Assembly: GCF_964188315.1 (NCBI RefSeq)
Contig: NC_135664.1
Location: 20,398,001 to 20,462,000, forward strand
From: Podarcis muralis
Taxonomy: Eukaryota
Reading direction: 5' to 3'
DNA length: 64,000 nt
Shown: piece by piece, positions 51,048-63,834 of the stretch
Layout of the letters: each line of letters opens with the position of its first letter
How positions within the stretch are numbered: the first letter of the stretch is position 1
Made by a program: the position numbers and the translations under genes
The notes under the pieces: generated by a model
What the model saw: only the letters and a program-made list of their open reading frames with translations
The model's database searches: none
Told to the model about the DNA's origin: nothing

Positions 51048-52448
51048 GTGAGGATAACGGCATTAGCTGTACTATAATGCTCAATAGCCACCGTCTATGG
51101 CCTCGGTGTGAAGCAATTCTGTCAAAAAACATTACAGCGAAAGCCTGTGACATATGTTAAAGGCAATTCACATTTGCAGAGCCGTAATAGTTTTGAAGGT
51201 TATGAAAAGTGAAGTGAAATAAAACCCGACTTGGGTTTTCTCTTGAATAAGCTTCAGGTTTCAACGTTAAAAATAAATAAATATAAACAGCAGATAAAGC
51301 AGAAGGGAAAGGGAGAGATGCGTCTAGTTGTCAGTCCCGAAATCTCACAGAGTGCATAGTGCGAATGGTCCAATTTCCCATCTCTTGACTAAAATAAATA
51401 GCAGAAGAGAAAGAGGGGAGGCCCTTATGAATGACACTAGATTTAAAAGTTAGAAGGCAGAGGCACGTTTAGTATTGCTGTAAGCTAACCAACGACACAG
51501 CCCCATTTAATCTGTCTTTTTCTTTTAAAAAAGTGGATTCAGTCCATGAGGAAGCTCTGTTAAATGAATGAACATGCATTCTGCTCACAGGCAAGTCCTA
51601 TTTGTTTTGGGGAAGCAAATGTTGGAGACATCCCTAAATAACTTCCACTGAAGCCACGCGGTACCAGTGATATTTCTAGAATTAAGAGTTCCGTTTATTT
51701 TACAAAATGAACAAATATATTTCATACACTTGCATTCATATTGTTGTTATTAAGCGTGTTAAAAGTTTGATCAACGAGCTTGCAAAGATGCTTGGAAGGA
51801 AGTTCATATTTTTTGAAATAAAAACCTTTTGTAAAAAAATTTCTGGGAAATCATAGAAAGTGGTAAACTAAGATATGGTGTCTATAAATATGATCATTCA
51901 AAACATCTGCTTTTATCTCACACTGTCGATTCTAGATTTTAGCTTACATCTGTCATGTGTGAACTTGTTATGGATATTTTATTTTATACTGAAGAAACAG
52001 CTGTTTCAATAATTTGAAAAGCACTCCCAAGAGGCATTATTCTTCACTAGTATTACCACTGCGTTACTCTGTAAATAATTACTTAATAAAATGTATATGT
52101 GGGTTTTGTCTTCTGAAAATATGCATTAAAGTGAAACTTTTTAAAAAGAGTCATAGGAAATGTCAGAACTTAACATCCTTATGTTTTTGTTCTTAAATTG
52201 CAATTTTAGTGCATAGTTCTGGAAATAATTTTACATACATAATTCTTATGAATATTTCTTCTTGAAAAATATTCATTATATATCTCTCCAAATATTAATA
52301 ACTGAAAATAACTTGATACTATTAAAGCCAGTACAGATCTTGTACCATTGTAGAAAAAGAGAACCTGTAATCTGCTGGCTTCAAACCCATGTTTAACCAT
52401 TTTAACTTTTTTCCCCCACAACACTACCCAAATTTTGGATTCCCTCAG

Positions 52449-52457
52449 GGAAAAGAG
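52449..52457 (+). CDS. CADPS2: CADPS2 9-nt microexon (GKE)
   Basis: ccctcag|GGAAAAGAG|gtatgt; phase 0 to 0; matches recalled mammalian HHAE-GRE-AFAWW. Confidence 0.85.
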
Positions 52458-52964
52458 GTATGTAGCTCATCCCAACCAAGGCAGGACATTTTTTTTCATG
52501 GTTCCATGCATGGAATTGTTAACCACTTTCGAACATATCGCATCAACTCTGTTCATTGATGGTTTCCTTTCCCCATATTTATCTTCCTTCTAAAATCCAT
52601 CATATTGGTATCTTCTCTTTCCTCAGTGCGGTTCTGCCTTTAAGTTTCACCTCTCTCGTGGAGCCATCAAACAGCCTTGAGAAGAACTGGAGAACCTTTG
52701 ACCTTCCTGATGTTGCTGAACTGTAACTCCCATTGTCTTTGATCATTGGCCGGTTGGCTCAACCTGATGGACATTGGAGTCCAGCAACATCTAGAGGACC
52801 AAATCTTCCCCCAGACCTGTCCTTTAAAAGACACATCAATAAAATCAAACTAATGAATCCATCACTGGGTTGTGAACACAAAGACGGTAAAATGTGCATG
52901 GTAAGTTTGGAGCTTTTCAGGGCCTAGACTCAAGTAGGTTGGTATCCCGTAGCCTGTATCCTAT

Positions 52965-53314
52965 AAGGTAAAAGGACCCCTGACCGTCAGGTCCAGTCGC
53001 AGACAACTCTAGGGTTGTGGCACTCATCTCGCTTTACTGGCCAAGGGAGCCGGCGTACAGCTTCCGGGTCATGTGGCCAGCATGACTAAGCCGCTTCTGG
53101 CAAACCAGAGCAGCACACGGAAACGCCGTTTACCTTCCCGCCGGAGCAGTACCTATTTATCTACTTGCACTTTGACATGCTTTCGAACTGCTAGGTTGAC
53201 AGGATCTGGGACCGAGCAACGGGAGCTCACCCCGTCGCGTGGATTCGAACCGCTGACCTTCTGATCGGCAAGCCATAGGCTCTGTGGAGTAGACCACAGT
53301 GCCACCCACGTCCC
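52965..53314 (-). mobile_element. Sauria SINE, full length
   Basis: Reverse-complement homologue of 8934-9287. Confidence 0.88.
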
Positions 53315-54779
53315 ATATGTATATGTATCCCATATAGAACACTCAAACCTACCTAGAGCCAGGAGATCCATGAAGGCTTCCAACGTGGCTGCAATTGTCC
53401 ACCAAGCAGGATAAGGGAATCTGAAAAGAATCTCATCTAGCAGGAGGCAACCCGTGTCACAGATGGTCCCCCAGGGAGAAGCTGCAGAGAAGGGATAGAT
53501 GCCGTGTGTCACTTCAGTCTTGAGCAGAGAGTCAGCAAATTGGAGCCACTGCTGAGTATTGTTCTGTCGACTGTGTAGCAAGTGATGCCATATAGTATAA
53601 TACACATTTTAAACAATAGTCTGGAAAAAAAGAAATCAGCCTTTAATCTCATACAATGACTTTTCTCTCTCTCTTCCTCTCAGAGTGCATGTGATAAATC
53701 ACTAATTGCATTCATTTTGGTGTCTTGTTATATGGAACAACGTTGTGTCTATGATATTTGTCTGTCTAGTTTAACCACTTTATTCATAGGCATCAGTGGG
53801 TCAAGAGAATTTTTCCAATACAATTGAATTCCCTCCCCCCCACACACACTATATTGTTCCCTCCCCCCCCCCCCACGCACTATATTGTTTCTCTGCAAGG
53901 ATATATAGAGATGGGAAAGAAATTGACTGGTTTCCTGGGCTGCATTGTGTGTTGCTTTTAGTACATGCTCAAAATGAGATATTTAGTAATGAAAGCAAAG
54001 CAAGATTGGGGAGAAGATTATATAAAGGGAAATCTTTTAATGCCTTTTTCTCCCAATTTCAGCTTTTGAGCTAATTAATTAGATGGTTATTTATATAGTT
54101 TGATGTTCTTCCTCTTAATTGATTTCATTTTTGCAGTATTTTTATCTGAGATTTCTAGTTAGAGGAAGGAAGAATCTGACCTCTGGTTTTCACATAGGCA
54201 CCGGTTATACTTTTTGATGCAACCAATTACCATTTTCTTCAGTAACAGGTAGAGAATGGTCCGGTCATTGTAAGAGCTAACCGATCTTGGAAAATACTTT
54301 TTCAGCTGTCAACAATATTCCCTTTCTAGCTGCAGCCATTAAACCCATGCCAAAAATTACCAAAGTCATAAAAGAGTCAAGGATATGAGTGACACCTATG
54401 TGGACATTTTTAGTATCTCAGTGCTTCATTACTCTTAAGAGTCCTGATTTATTAGCAGATATGTCCAAGTACCTGTGGCTATCATTCATATCTACTGTAG
54501 TCACAATGATATGTTACTTCTAATAGCTACCGTTAAGGAATTCCTTATCAGTCATCTACAATGTTGTTGTTTCAGGGGGGGAAATGCCACAATGTTGTAT
54601 ATCAATATTTTGTAATTATCCAGGGGAGCATATATCTCCATAGCTGATACCGGTGAAGTATGCAAATGGTACATAGGAATATAAGAATCTGCCATTTACC
54701 AAATTGGACCCATTAATCAATCACAAAAGATCAGTCGGTAGAGCAGGAGACTCTTACTCTCTCTTTTTTATATATATAA

Positions 54780-55680
54780 TAATTTTTATTGAGTTTACAT
54801 TATTTTTACCATAATTACAATCCGTTAGAATCATAATGTCACCTATAGCCTTGCTCAAACTGAGCCTCAACTTCACCGCCTCCCACTGCTTGGCTTTCAT
54901 AAATATTCACTTACAACTTAGCATTTCTAAATCAACCTACAGTGGTACCTCGGGTTACAGATGCTTCAGGTTACAGACTCTGCTAACCCAGAAATAGTAC
55001 CTGGGGTTAAGAACTGTGCTTCAGGATGAGAACAAAAATCGTGCGGCAAAAGCACAGCGGCAGCAGGAGGCCCCATTAGCTAAAGTGGTGCTTCAGGTTA
55101 AGAACAGTTTCAGGTTAAGAACAGACCTCCAGAACGAATTAAGTACGTAACCAGAGTTACCACTGTATTTACCTTCTTTCATGCTTATAAAATTTACCTT
55201 AATAACTGTAAAGAGGTTCCAATAATTAACATTACAAAATATTTTAACTCAAACCTGCAAACGTTCGCAAATGTTTACAGTGTTCTCTCATCTATTGTAC
55301 AAATTTACTCCAGTCCTTTTCAAACAGCTCATCGCGTTGGTTTCGTATCTTCCCCGTCAGCTTCGCCAGTTCTGCATATTCCATCATTTTAATCTGCCAT
55401 TCTTGCAATGTTGGAAGTTCCTGCTGCTTCCATTTCTGGGCTAAAAGTATCCTCTTGGCTGTGGTAGCATACATAAAGAAATTTATGTCTTTTGGGGTAA
55501 TTTCTTCTCCAATTATACCCGACAAAAACACCTCTGGTGTATTAATAAAGGTATTTTTAAAAAACCTTTCCAGTTCATTGTATATCATATCCCAGTAGGC
55601 TTTAACCTTAGTACAGGTCTACCACATATGGAAGAAATTCCTCTCCTTTTCCTTACATTTCCAACATGGTTTGTTTTGAT
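54780..55680 (-). mobile_element. L1-clade 3' fragment interrupted by a MITE, approximate limits
   Basis: ORF 55292..55588 FMYATTAKRILLAQKWKQQELPTLQEWQIKMMEYAELAKLT. Confidence 0.75.
54940..55165. mobile_element. Tc1/mariner MITE inserted in L1
   Basis: TA-flanked CAGTGGTACC TIRs; opposite orientation to 47830. Confidence 0.85.
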
Positions 55681-55689
55681 TAGGAGACT

Positions 55690-55786
55690 CTTACTCTCAG
55701 AGTTGTGGGCAAAAGATTCCTGCATTTCAGGCGGTTGGACTACATTGACCCTTGTGGTCCCTTCCAACACTACAGTTCTATGATTC
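55690..55786 (+). mobile_element. CR1 extreme 3' end
   Basis: gattcctgcatttcaggcggttggactac...cccttccaacactacagttctatgattct. Confidence 0.7.
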
Positions 55787-55836
55787 TGCAATGTAGCTCA
55801 GTATTGTCTCCATTGATGGGCAATGACTCTCTAACT

Positions 55837-55973
55837 CAGGCATAGGCAAACTCAGCCCTCCAGATGTTTTTGGGACTACAACTCCCATCATCCCTAGCTA
55901 ACAGGACCAGTGGTCAGGGATGATGGGAATTGTAGTCTCAGAACATCTGGAGGGCCAAGTTTGCCTGTGCCTG
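55837..55973. mobile_element. Palindromic hAT-type MITE
   Basis: caggcataggcaaac...gtttgcctgtgcctg; same family as 5178. Confidence 0.8.
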
Positions 55974-56251
55974 CTCTAGAACCTGGTGACAGAGTTTTCC
56001 AGCCCTAGCTGGACATGTCAATAATTGAACCAGAGAGGAGGTCTTCTGCATTCAGAAGTTCGTGGAGCTAGTGCGCATCTACATCTCATTTTCAGAGTCA
56101 ACCTACACATTAAAACAGTCTCGTAAAAGCCACTTTAAGAACAAGCATACATTCGTTACGTGGCAGCTAGAGAAGGGCCATTCTGACCATTTCAGTTTCT
56201 CTCTGTTTTTCTATTTTCCAATATAAGTTCAGGTCTCTGCATTTCTCCATT

Positions 56252-56548
56252 AAGGTAAAGGTAAAGGGACCCCTGAGCATTAGGTACAGTCGTGACAAAT
56301 TCTGGGGTTGCGGCGCTCATCTTGCTTTATTGGCCAAGGGAGCCGGCATACAGCTTCCGGGTCATGTGGCCAGCATGACTAAGCCACTTCTGGTGAACCA
56401 GAGCAGCGCACGGAAATGCTGTTTACCTTCCCGCCGGAACAGTACCTGTTTATCTACTTGCACTTTGACGTGCTTTCGAACTGCTAGGTTGGCAGGAGCA
56501 GGGACCGAGCAACAGGAGCTCACCCCGTCACGGGGTCACCCACGTCCC
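56252..56548 (-). mobile_element. Sauria SINE with internal deletion in the tRNA-like head
   Basis: caccccgtcacgggg joined directly to tcacccacgtccc. Confidence 0.85.
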
Positions 56549-57014
56549 TATTAGTTTGACTTTTTTAAAAAAAAGGCCTCGTGAAAATTCATCAACATTT
56601 AGTTTGAAGTTCTCCCAAGATGTACATTTTATTTGCCCAATATACACATTTTTGCAAGCAATTTTCTGTAATATGATGCATTTCCCACCAGAATATGCTT
56701 TTAAGGTGGCCTTTACCGTCTGTAGTTTTTATTGTATCAAAAATAATTTTAAGATTTAAAAAAATCTGCTTTTTTATTAAATCTCCAAAAATATTCCAAA
56801 ACATTTATCGTCCTTTACAATTTTTTTCAGTATAAATTTCTTCTTGACTTCCCCCCTTCCTTTCCTGATGTTTGTTTTGTACTTCTCTTTATGAGCTAGT
56901 TGACAATACATGTGTTTTTATTATCTAAACTTCACTGTCATTAGTTCTTTCGGTAAGCCACTACTTATATTTCAAATCCTGCCCACAACTTCATGTATGG
57001 GTAATACTTTGGTA

Positions 57015-57150
57015 CAGGCATAGGCAAACTTGCCCCTCCAGATGTTTTGGGACTACAACTCCCATCATCCCTGACCACTGGTCCTGTTAGCTAGGGATGA
57101 TGGGAGTTGTAGTCCCAAAACATCTGGAGGGCCGAGTTTGCCTATGCCTC
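57015..57150. mobile_element. Palindromic hAT-type MITE, 8-bp TSD ctttggta/ctttgata
   Basis: TIRs plus 7/8 TSD match. Confidence 0.82.
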
Positions 57151-57311
57151 CTTTGATAGGTAATCCATCAATGCTCTCCATTCCTCCTTTATCATTATGT
57201 CCTCTTGGTTGGGCAGTTAATTTCGCCATTTCAGCATAGTCCATCAGTTTCATAAGCTGTTACTCATAATGTTTTTAACCAATGAAACATTTCTGCCCTC
57301 AATGAAATATA

Positions 57312-57557
57312 CCGTATTTTTCCATGTATTAGATGCCCCCATGTATATTACGCCCCTATTTTGGGGAACTAAATTTAAAGAAAATGCCATGCTGCTGTGG
57401 GACATGGGGGGGGGGGGAGTTGTGAGCCCACCAAACAGATGGCTGGCGGCCCACAGCTCCCCCCCCCCCCATGCCACTATCTGTGTATAGGACGACCCCA
57501 GTTTTTTTACATGATTTTTGAGTCAAAAAACCGCATCTAATAGACGGGAAAATATGG
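57312..57557. mobile_element. Tc1/mariner MITE with CCGTATTTTTC TIR
   Basis: TA|ccgtatttttc...gaaaatatgg|TA. Confidence 0.7.
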
Positions 57558-57770
57558 TACTCTCTTCCTTCTTCACATAAGTAATATACAATGCAGAATA
57601 TGACTTTCCTTAATGCAGTTGGTTTTTTCCTAAGCGGAGTGTACACAACTTGCCATTGCTTCATGAAAATGCACGTTAGTGTGTTTCATCGTATTTTGTG
57701 TGTGTGTGTGGAAATTTGATTTATCTTCCTACTCCCTTTTAATTAAAATTGTGTCTCACTTGTGATGCAG

Positions 57771-57927
57771 GCCTTTGCTTGGTGGCCAGATTTGCTGGCT
57801 GAACATGGGGAGAAATTTTGGTCTCTGTTTACGGTTGACATGGATTCCGCACTGGAAGCACAGCCACAGGACTCCTGGGATACTTTTCCTCTTTTCCAGT
57901 TGCTTAACAACTTCCTACGAAATGACC
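57771..57927 (+). CDS. CADPS2: CADPS2 exon ([25 protein letters not shown]...[10 protein letters not shown])
   Basis: Acceptor gatgcag|GCC, donor C|gtaagc; 157 nt; within ORF 57762..57962. Confidence 0.96.
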
Positions 57928-58425
57928 GTAAGCTTTTTTTTAACAGTTTAGTTCTATCATAACATCAATTGCAGCTATGAATTATTTTGCCTTTTGAGTG
58001 TTCAGAGCTGGCCTAGATCGTGTAAATCTATGTAAACATATGTATTTCATTTAACCCTAGCCTTTTCACATTTGTGAAAGTTGTGACCCTGTGTGCTGGT
58101 ACATGGGAGTAAGCCCTGGTGGACTCAATGGACTTCCTTTAGAGTAAACATGCAGAGGCGTGGGCTGCAAGACAGCTGTCAGCCAATTATGTATATACTA
58201 AATTAGATATCAGGACACAGCCATTATATTAAATTAGCAAAAGCTAATAAGATATCTATGCAGAGTGGCTCTAACAGTTTTCTTGCCGAACGGGGTATCA
58301 TAATTCCTGGGACATCCCCTGTTAGAGAATCATGCTCTGGTTCTGCTATGTGCTGCAGAACAGATGCATGTGAGCTGCAGAAAGGCTAAAAATCTCTTCT
58401 TGCCCTAGAAATTCAGAATTGAATA

Positions 58426-59034
58426 CAGTGGTACCTCTCTTTTCGAATGTCTCTGTTGACTAACGTTTCAAAACTCGAAAGCCACAAACCTGGACATAAA
58501 TGCTTCGGTTTTTGAACACTTTTCAGAAGTTGAACATGCCGTGTGGCTTCCATTTTGAGTTTCCCTATTGTATTGAGTTTTCCTTAAAAAAAATAAAAAT
58601 TAAATTTCCATTTAACAAACCAATCAAATCACATTAATTCCAAATTATACCAATACACAATAAATTCCAAATATTTAACCGAATTTTAAATTTTTCTTGG
58701 GGGTACCCATTCTTCGAGTTCAGAAAGGGTCCAATCATCTCATATTTCTACTGCTTTGATATTCACAAGTCCCATCTTCCCATCTCATTGTTGTTATCCT
58801 TTTTCTTCCTAATAAGCTCCGATTATTTCCACAGGCAAGTTGAATCAAACATTATTTATGTTTCTGTGTGAACTTTGTAATGGTCTCCCATAATTCATCC
58901 ACGCTGATCCAAAAGTCCTGTTCCAGCGGCCGGTGCTGTATTGAGTTTTCCATGTTGAGTTTTCAGTTTTCAGACGTTTCGGAACTCGAACGGTCTTCCG
59001 GAATGGATTACGTTCGAAAACCGAGGTACCACTG
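58426..59034. mobile_element. Tc1/mariner MITE interrupted by about 350 bp of other sequence
   Basis: TA|cagtggtacctc...gaggtaccactg; ttgagtttt motif on both sides of the insert. Confidence 0.6.
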
Positions 59035-59681
59035 TGTTCCACGGGAGAAATTTTAGCAGGCAGATCTCCTTGGCATAAAAATGAAGCCTATGTCTCTCTC
59101 GTGCATATTTCCATGTTGCACTTCACAACAATTCATTTCAAAATCTTTACTTATATAGGCGCCCCCCCCTTACCTAGTGGGGGTTACGTTTCTGGCCCCT
59201 GCGTGTATAAGTGAAATCGCATGAAGTGGGGAGCACCCTCTAAACACCCCTTAAATTTTCTCTCTGCCGCACGCTCCTAATCTAGACCAAAAATAGTGCA
59301 CTCAAAAATATCCACAACTAGAATTGAAGCTCTAGTCTGGGGCTGGTGGGAGGCTGAAGGATGTGCAGGAGAGCAGCAGCAGCTGTACAACTTCTGCACA
59401 TCAGCTGTTAGGCGGGGAGGCTGAGCAGCATAAACAATCCCTACTGCACCGCCAATCTCTTCTGGGCTTCCTCTGCCCTCACTGACGTCCACAAGGACTC
59501 TCCAGCTTTCTCCTGTCATTTCCGGCTTCAAATTGAATTATTTAATTTTTTTTCCTTTATCAAATTATCCTCTAATGGTGTTGTTTTATTTACTGGTCAC
59601 CTGAATGATATAGTGATAGAGACTGATTTTCACAGCTGACTTAGAATTTACTTCCTGCAGCCAATATCTGTATTGCAAGTA

Positions 59682-59938
59682 CCGTATTTTTCGCTCTATA
59701 AGGCGCACCAGACCATAAGACGCACCTAGTTTTTGGAGGAGGAAAACAAAAAAAAATATTCTGAATTTCAGAAGCCAGAACAGCAAGAGGGATCACTGTG
59801 CAGCGAAAGCAGCAATCCCTCTTGTTGTTCTGGCTTCTGGCATAGCTGCGCAGCCTGCTTTCGCTCCATAAGACGCACACACACTTCCCCTTACTTTTTA
59901 GGAGGGAAAAAGTTAGTCTTATAGAGCAAAAAATACGG
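59682..59938. mobile_element. Tc1/mariner MITE with CCGTATTTTTC TIR
   Basis: TA|ccgtatttttcgctctata...tatagagcaaaaaatacgg|TA. Confidence 0.8.
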
Positions 59939-62458
59939 TAAATTGAAAAGGGTTCCTTTTATTTTGGAATGGTATCTGAAAACAGGGCATGCCGAGATAA
60001 TGTATTTTATGGAGAATCAAGGGGAGATAAACGTTGGTTTCTTTGAAACAAAAATGTAGATATGTGGGTTGTTTTTTGCATTTTAGAACATAGTTCAAGA
60101 TGGAATGCAACCATTTAGGGTTCCTCTCCTTTATTGTGAATGGTTGTATTTAATAATTTAATAATGAATAAGTGATAAAATTATTCCGCAAGATTTTTCA
60201 TAGACCATTGACCAACCAGTACTGATCATCTCACAGACTCTCCAGAAATGGATAACTGGAAGGCTTGGATTTACATTCTTTTTTCCCCATCAGTCAATTA
60301 AATATGTAATTACTTCAAATAATTATGGGGGGAAGCTTTCAAGGGAGGAAGACAATTCATTTAAACGACAGAAAATGCGTTTTCATTATGAAGTAATTAT
60401 GAACAACGTTATGAAGCGCTACTGAGGGAACTCAAAGCACTGGCATTTTAAAAGACCTAATAGCCCTGATATGTTGGGGAGGGGTGAGTTAATAGCAAGA
60501 AAAAGCAGATTTGGGAAGCGTTTTTTAACAGTTGTGTGTCATTTTCCACCCTTGTTCTAACTGTGAGACATAGAGAACCTGATCCTTTCTGGCAAGGAGA
60601 ACCATTTGGGAATCCCATTTATGCCACCTGAAAGCTTTTGTGAGTTGTAAATAAGATAGCTGGGGGTGGGGGAATTATAGAAAATAATTCATTTTTTCCA
60701 TCAGCAAACCCACTAGTTCCTAGTAACCCTTCTGTCTCTAGAAATGCAAGCAGATTGCAAATAATTATTCTATAAGGAATTGATTCCTAGATAAAATACA
60801 CTATTCTATGTAGTTTGTCTGTAATACACAGACTTTTCACAGAGTTAGCCTATTAAGACCATCGGACAGAATACCCTATGCTTGTGGGACTGGTGTCACA
60901 AAGAGTCTTCATGTAACGACTAATAAATATTTGTGGCTGAACTGCTAGGTATACATCTATTGCTGAAGACGTCCAACTCTTTAAAAAGAGCCCCACATAA
61001 ATTTTAAAAAATGGACACCCCCCCAAAAAAAAACCTCGAGTGTGTTCTCGTGAGGATAAAAAGGCTAGTGTTAGTAATTAACAAGGAGAGTGAAGTGGAG
61101 TCAAATTAGCCATAATAGAGCCCATAGTGACTGTTAAAGTTACCTCTCATTATCAAAAAGCTCATTAGGAAATGAAGAGGTGGAAATCCCACTGGGTTAT
61201 TCTCTCGGTGAGGCCAGTATCAGAGATGATTTTTCGGGTTTCTTTTGAAATGCAGAACTGTTAGGTCCCCATATTGTAGATGAAGTTAATCTTCAGCCTT
61301 TGAAACGTGAAGGGTTGACACCTGCATGTTGTACTATCTCAAGAGCTTTCCGTCAACTCAAAATCTGTGAAACTGCAGATGGTTTCCAGATACACCCGAT
61401 ATGAGTACCCTGCCAACATTTTAAGTATTATTTTAACCTTTTGATTATTTAATGAAACAGATGTAGTGTTGTTATCACATGTATATAACCACAGTGCCAT
61501 ATTATAAATTCCTTGGATGAGAAGCTAATTCATTTCCCATGGAATTGCAACCATTTGATAGGTGGCCCTCTCTTTCAAATAATGCAGAAAGAAAACCTTG
61601 AATTGTTTCCGTCTTCTATATCATGTATTCTTCTCTATATACCGACTTTGTCCCTGGCACCTAAAATGCCATCATTTCTAAGATAGCTTCAGAAGACTGT
61701 GCTTACTGCATGTGTGTATATTTACCTAATGGGTTAGAGGCCAATATATCAATGAAAGTTTGTCAGGCTCAATTTGCTCAATTTGAAGGATTGTGATGGT
61801 TTTATAATATATACACTGAAATTAGATGAAATAATTTGGAAGGTATGCCCTTGACTTCAGTAAAAAGCCATATTTGACTAAAGGTCAAGTACTTAAGATC
61901 TACCACTACGTAGAAACTCAAGTTTGAATGAAGGTCAAGCATTAAAATGCTTATCTTCAGCGTTACCATGTTTAATGAGTGGAGGTGGAATTTGCATAAT
62001 ATGTTGCCATATATTCATCCTTCCCACTGGACCATATGGAGTGATGCTAAACCTCACACTCTGATGCACATCTGTCTACTTAGTGTTAAATCCATGTCGG
62101 CATATCATCATCTGTAAGAAATCTGCATACATTTAGATGGAAATCCCAGTGAGTGTTAATGTTGCTATTCCTATGCAAATCTATATAAATAGGCCCGTAA
62201 ATCCATTTGATAATTCAGTCCACTTCTGTTTGATATGCTTATGGTGGGCAGCTTCCACATTCCATACCAAAAAAAATGGTATCATTTTGCTGTTTGTGAC
62301 ACTGGCTGGTGATTTGATCTTTAGGGACCACTTTAGCTGCTGTGATGGAATGAGGCAGGAAATATTTGGTTCAAATCTCTGGTGAGCCATGAATAGACGG
62401 GGCAACCTCTCTTTACTAACTTCTGGGTGGTTATAAGGATTGCTGAGTAATGAAGTAC

Positions 62459-62646
62459 CATGGTACCTTGGTTGTCAAATGGCTTGGCTCCCAAACAAAT
62501 TGGCTCTTGAATGCCGCAAACCCGGAAGTGAGTGTTCCGGTTTGTGAATGTTTTTTGGAAGCTGAACATCTGACGTGGCTTCCGATTGAGTGCAGGAAGC
62601 TCCTGCAGCCAATTGGAAGCTGTGCCTTGGTTTTCAAATGGTTCTG
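62459..62646. mobile_element. Truncated Tc1/mariner MITE
   Basis: Homologous to 44450-44690; right TIR missing. Confidence 0.65.
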
Positions 62647-62651
62647 AGAGT

Positions 62652-63109
62652 TGAGAAGTGAGGTTACAGGGAACCAGGCAGAGGGCCTTCTCAGTAGTGG
62701 CGCCCGCCCTGTGGAACGCCCTCCCATCAGATGTCAAGGAGATAAACAACTATCTGACTTTTAGAAGGCATCTGAAGTCAGCCCTGTTTAGGGAAGTTTT
62801 TAAAGTGTTATCATGTTTTAATACAGTGGTACCTCGGGTTAAGTATTTAATTCGTTCCGGAGGTCCGTTCTTAACCTGAAACTGTTCTTAACCTGAAGCA
62901 CCACTTTAGCTAATGGGGCCTCTTGCTGCCGCCGTGCCACCGGAGCACGATTTCTGTTCTCATCCTGAAGCAAAGTTCTTAACCTGAAGCAGTGTTTCTG
63001 GGTTAGCAGAGTCTGTAACCTGAAGCGTATGTAACCCGAGGTACCACTGTATTCTGTTGGGAGCCTCCCAGAGATTCTGGGGAAACCCAGCCTGATGGGC
63101 GGTGTACAA

Positions 63110-63148
<39 letters not shown>
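62652..63148 (+). mobile_element. L2 3' fragment with (ATT)n tail, interrupted by a MITE
   Basis: RLQGTRQRAFSVVAPALWNALP; tail about 63110-63148. Confidence 0.85.
62824..63049. mobile_element. Tc1/mariner MITE inserted at TA in the L2 3' UTR
   Basis: aata|CAGTGGTACCTC...GAGGTACCACTG|ta. Confidence 0.88.
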
Positions 63149-63150
<2 letters not shown>

Positions 63151-63321
63151 GCACACAGTGCCGAAGCTTCCTTTTCGGAACATAAAACTGTGAGATGAAA
63201 GTGTGGGTTGTTGTTTTCTAACATGCTACAGGGAAGAATGTGTGTTGGCAAGTCTTCATTCCGAGCGGCCGTACAGACAGGCTGCCTTCTCAGCTTGACC
63301 TTTTTGCGGGGCTTTAAAAAA

Positions 63322-63483
63322 AGATAAAGGGACTCCTGACCATTAGGTCCAGTCATGACTGACTCTGGGGTTGCGGCGCTCATCTCGCTTTATTGGGCGA
63401 GGGAGCCGGCGTACAGCTTCCGGGTCATGTGGCCAGCATGACTAAGCCGCTTCTGGCGAACCAGAGCAGTGCACGGAAACGCC
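63322..63483 (-). mobile_element. Sauria SINE, 5'-truncated
   Basis: 3' part homologous to 52965 and 56252 copies. Confidence 0.8.
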
Positions 63484-63586
63484 ATTTGGGTTCCCCAAAA
63501 TTGGAACATAAATAAGCCCTTGGAAATGTATCCTCAGGCTGATGCAGCTTCGTACTAATATGCTCATAAGGAGCCATAGCATGGCA

Positions 63587-63834
63587 CAGGTATCAGCAAA
63601 CTTTTTCAGCAGGGGGCCAGTCCACTGTCTGTCAGACCTTGTGGGGGGCCGGACTATATTTTGAAGGGAAAATAACGAACGAATTCCTATGCCCCACAAA
63701 TAACCCAGAGATGCATTTTAAATAAAAGCAGACATTCTACTCATGTAAATACATGCTGATTCCTGGACTGTCTGTGGCATTTAGAAGGCGATTGGGCCGG
63801 ATCCGGCCCCCGGGCTTTAGTTTGCCTACCCATG
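63587..63834. mobile_element. hAT (Charlie-like) MITE
   Basis: caggtatcagcaaact...agtttgcctacccatg; 6/8 TSD gcatggca/gcatagta. Confidence 0.6.

Larger units (their letters stand above)
2343..57927 (+). other. CADPS2: CADPS2 gene, internal portion (first to last coding exon seen); gene extends beyond both window ends
   Basis: Exons with GT-AG sites splice in frame with matching phases (1,1,0,2,2,0,1,1,0,0,1). Paralog-diagnostic strings [50 protein letters not shown] match recalled CAPS2 rather than CAPS1. Confidence 0.95.

Noticed and set aside
2343-57927. Assignment to CADPS (CAPS1), prompted by ADRAQKHG
   Set aside because: Most diagnostic positions ([42 protein letters not shown]) match recalled CAPS2; one shared residue is likely ancestral.
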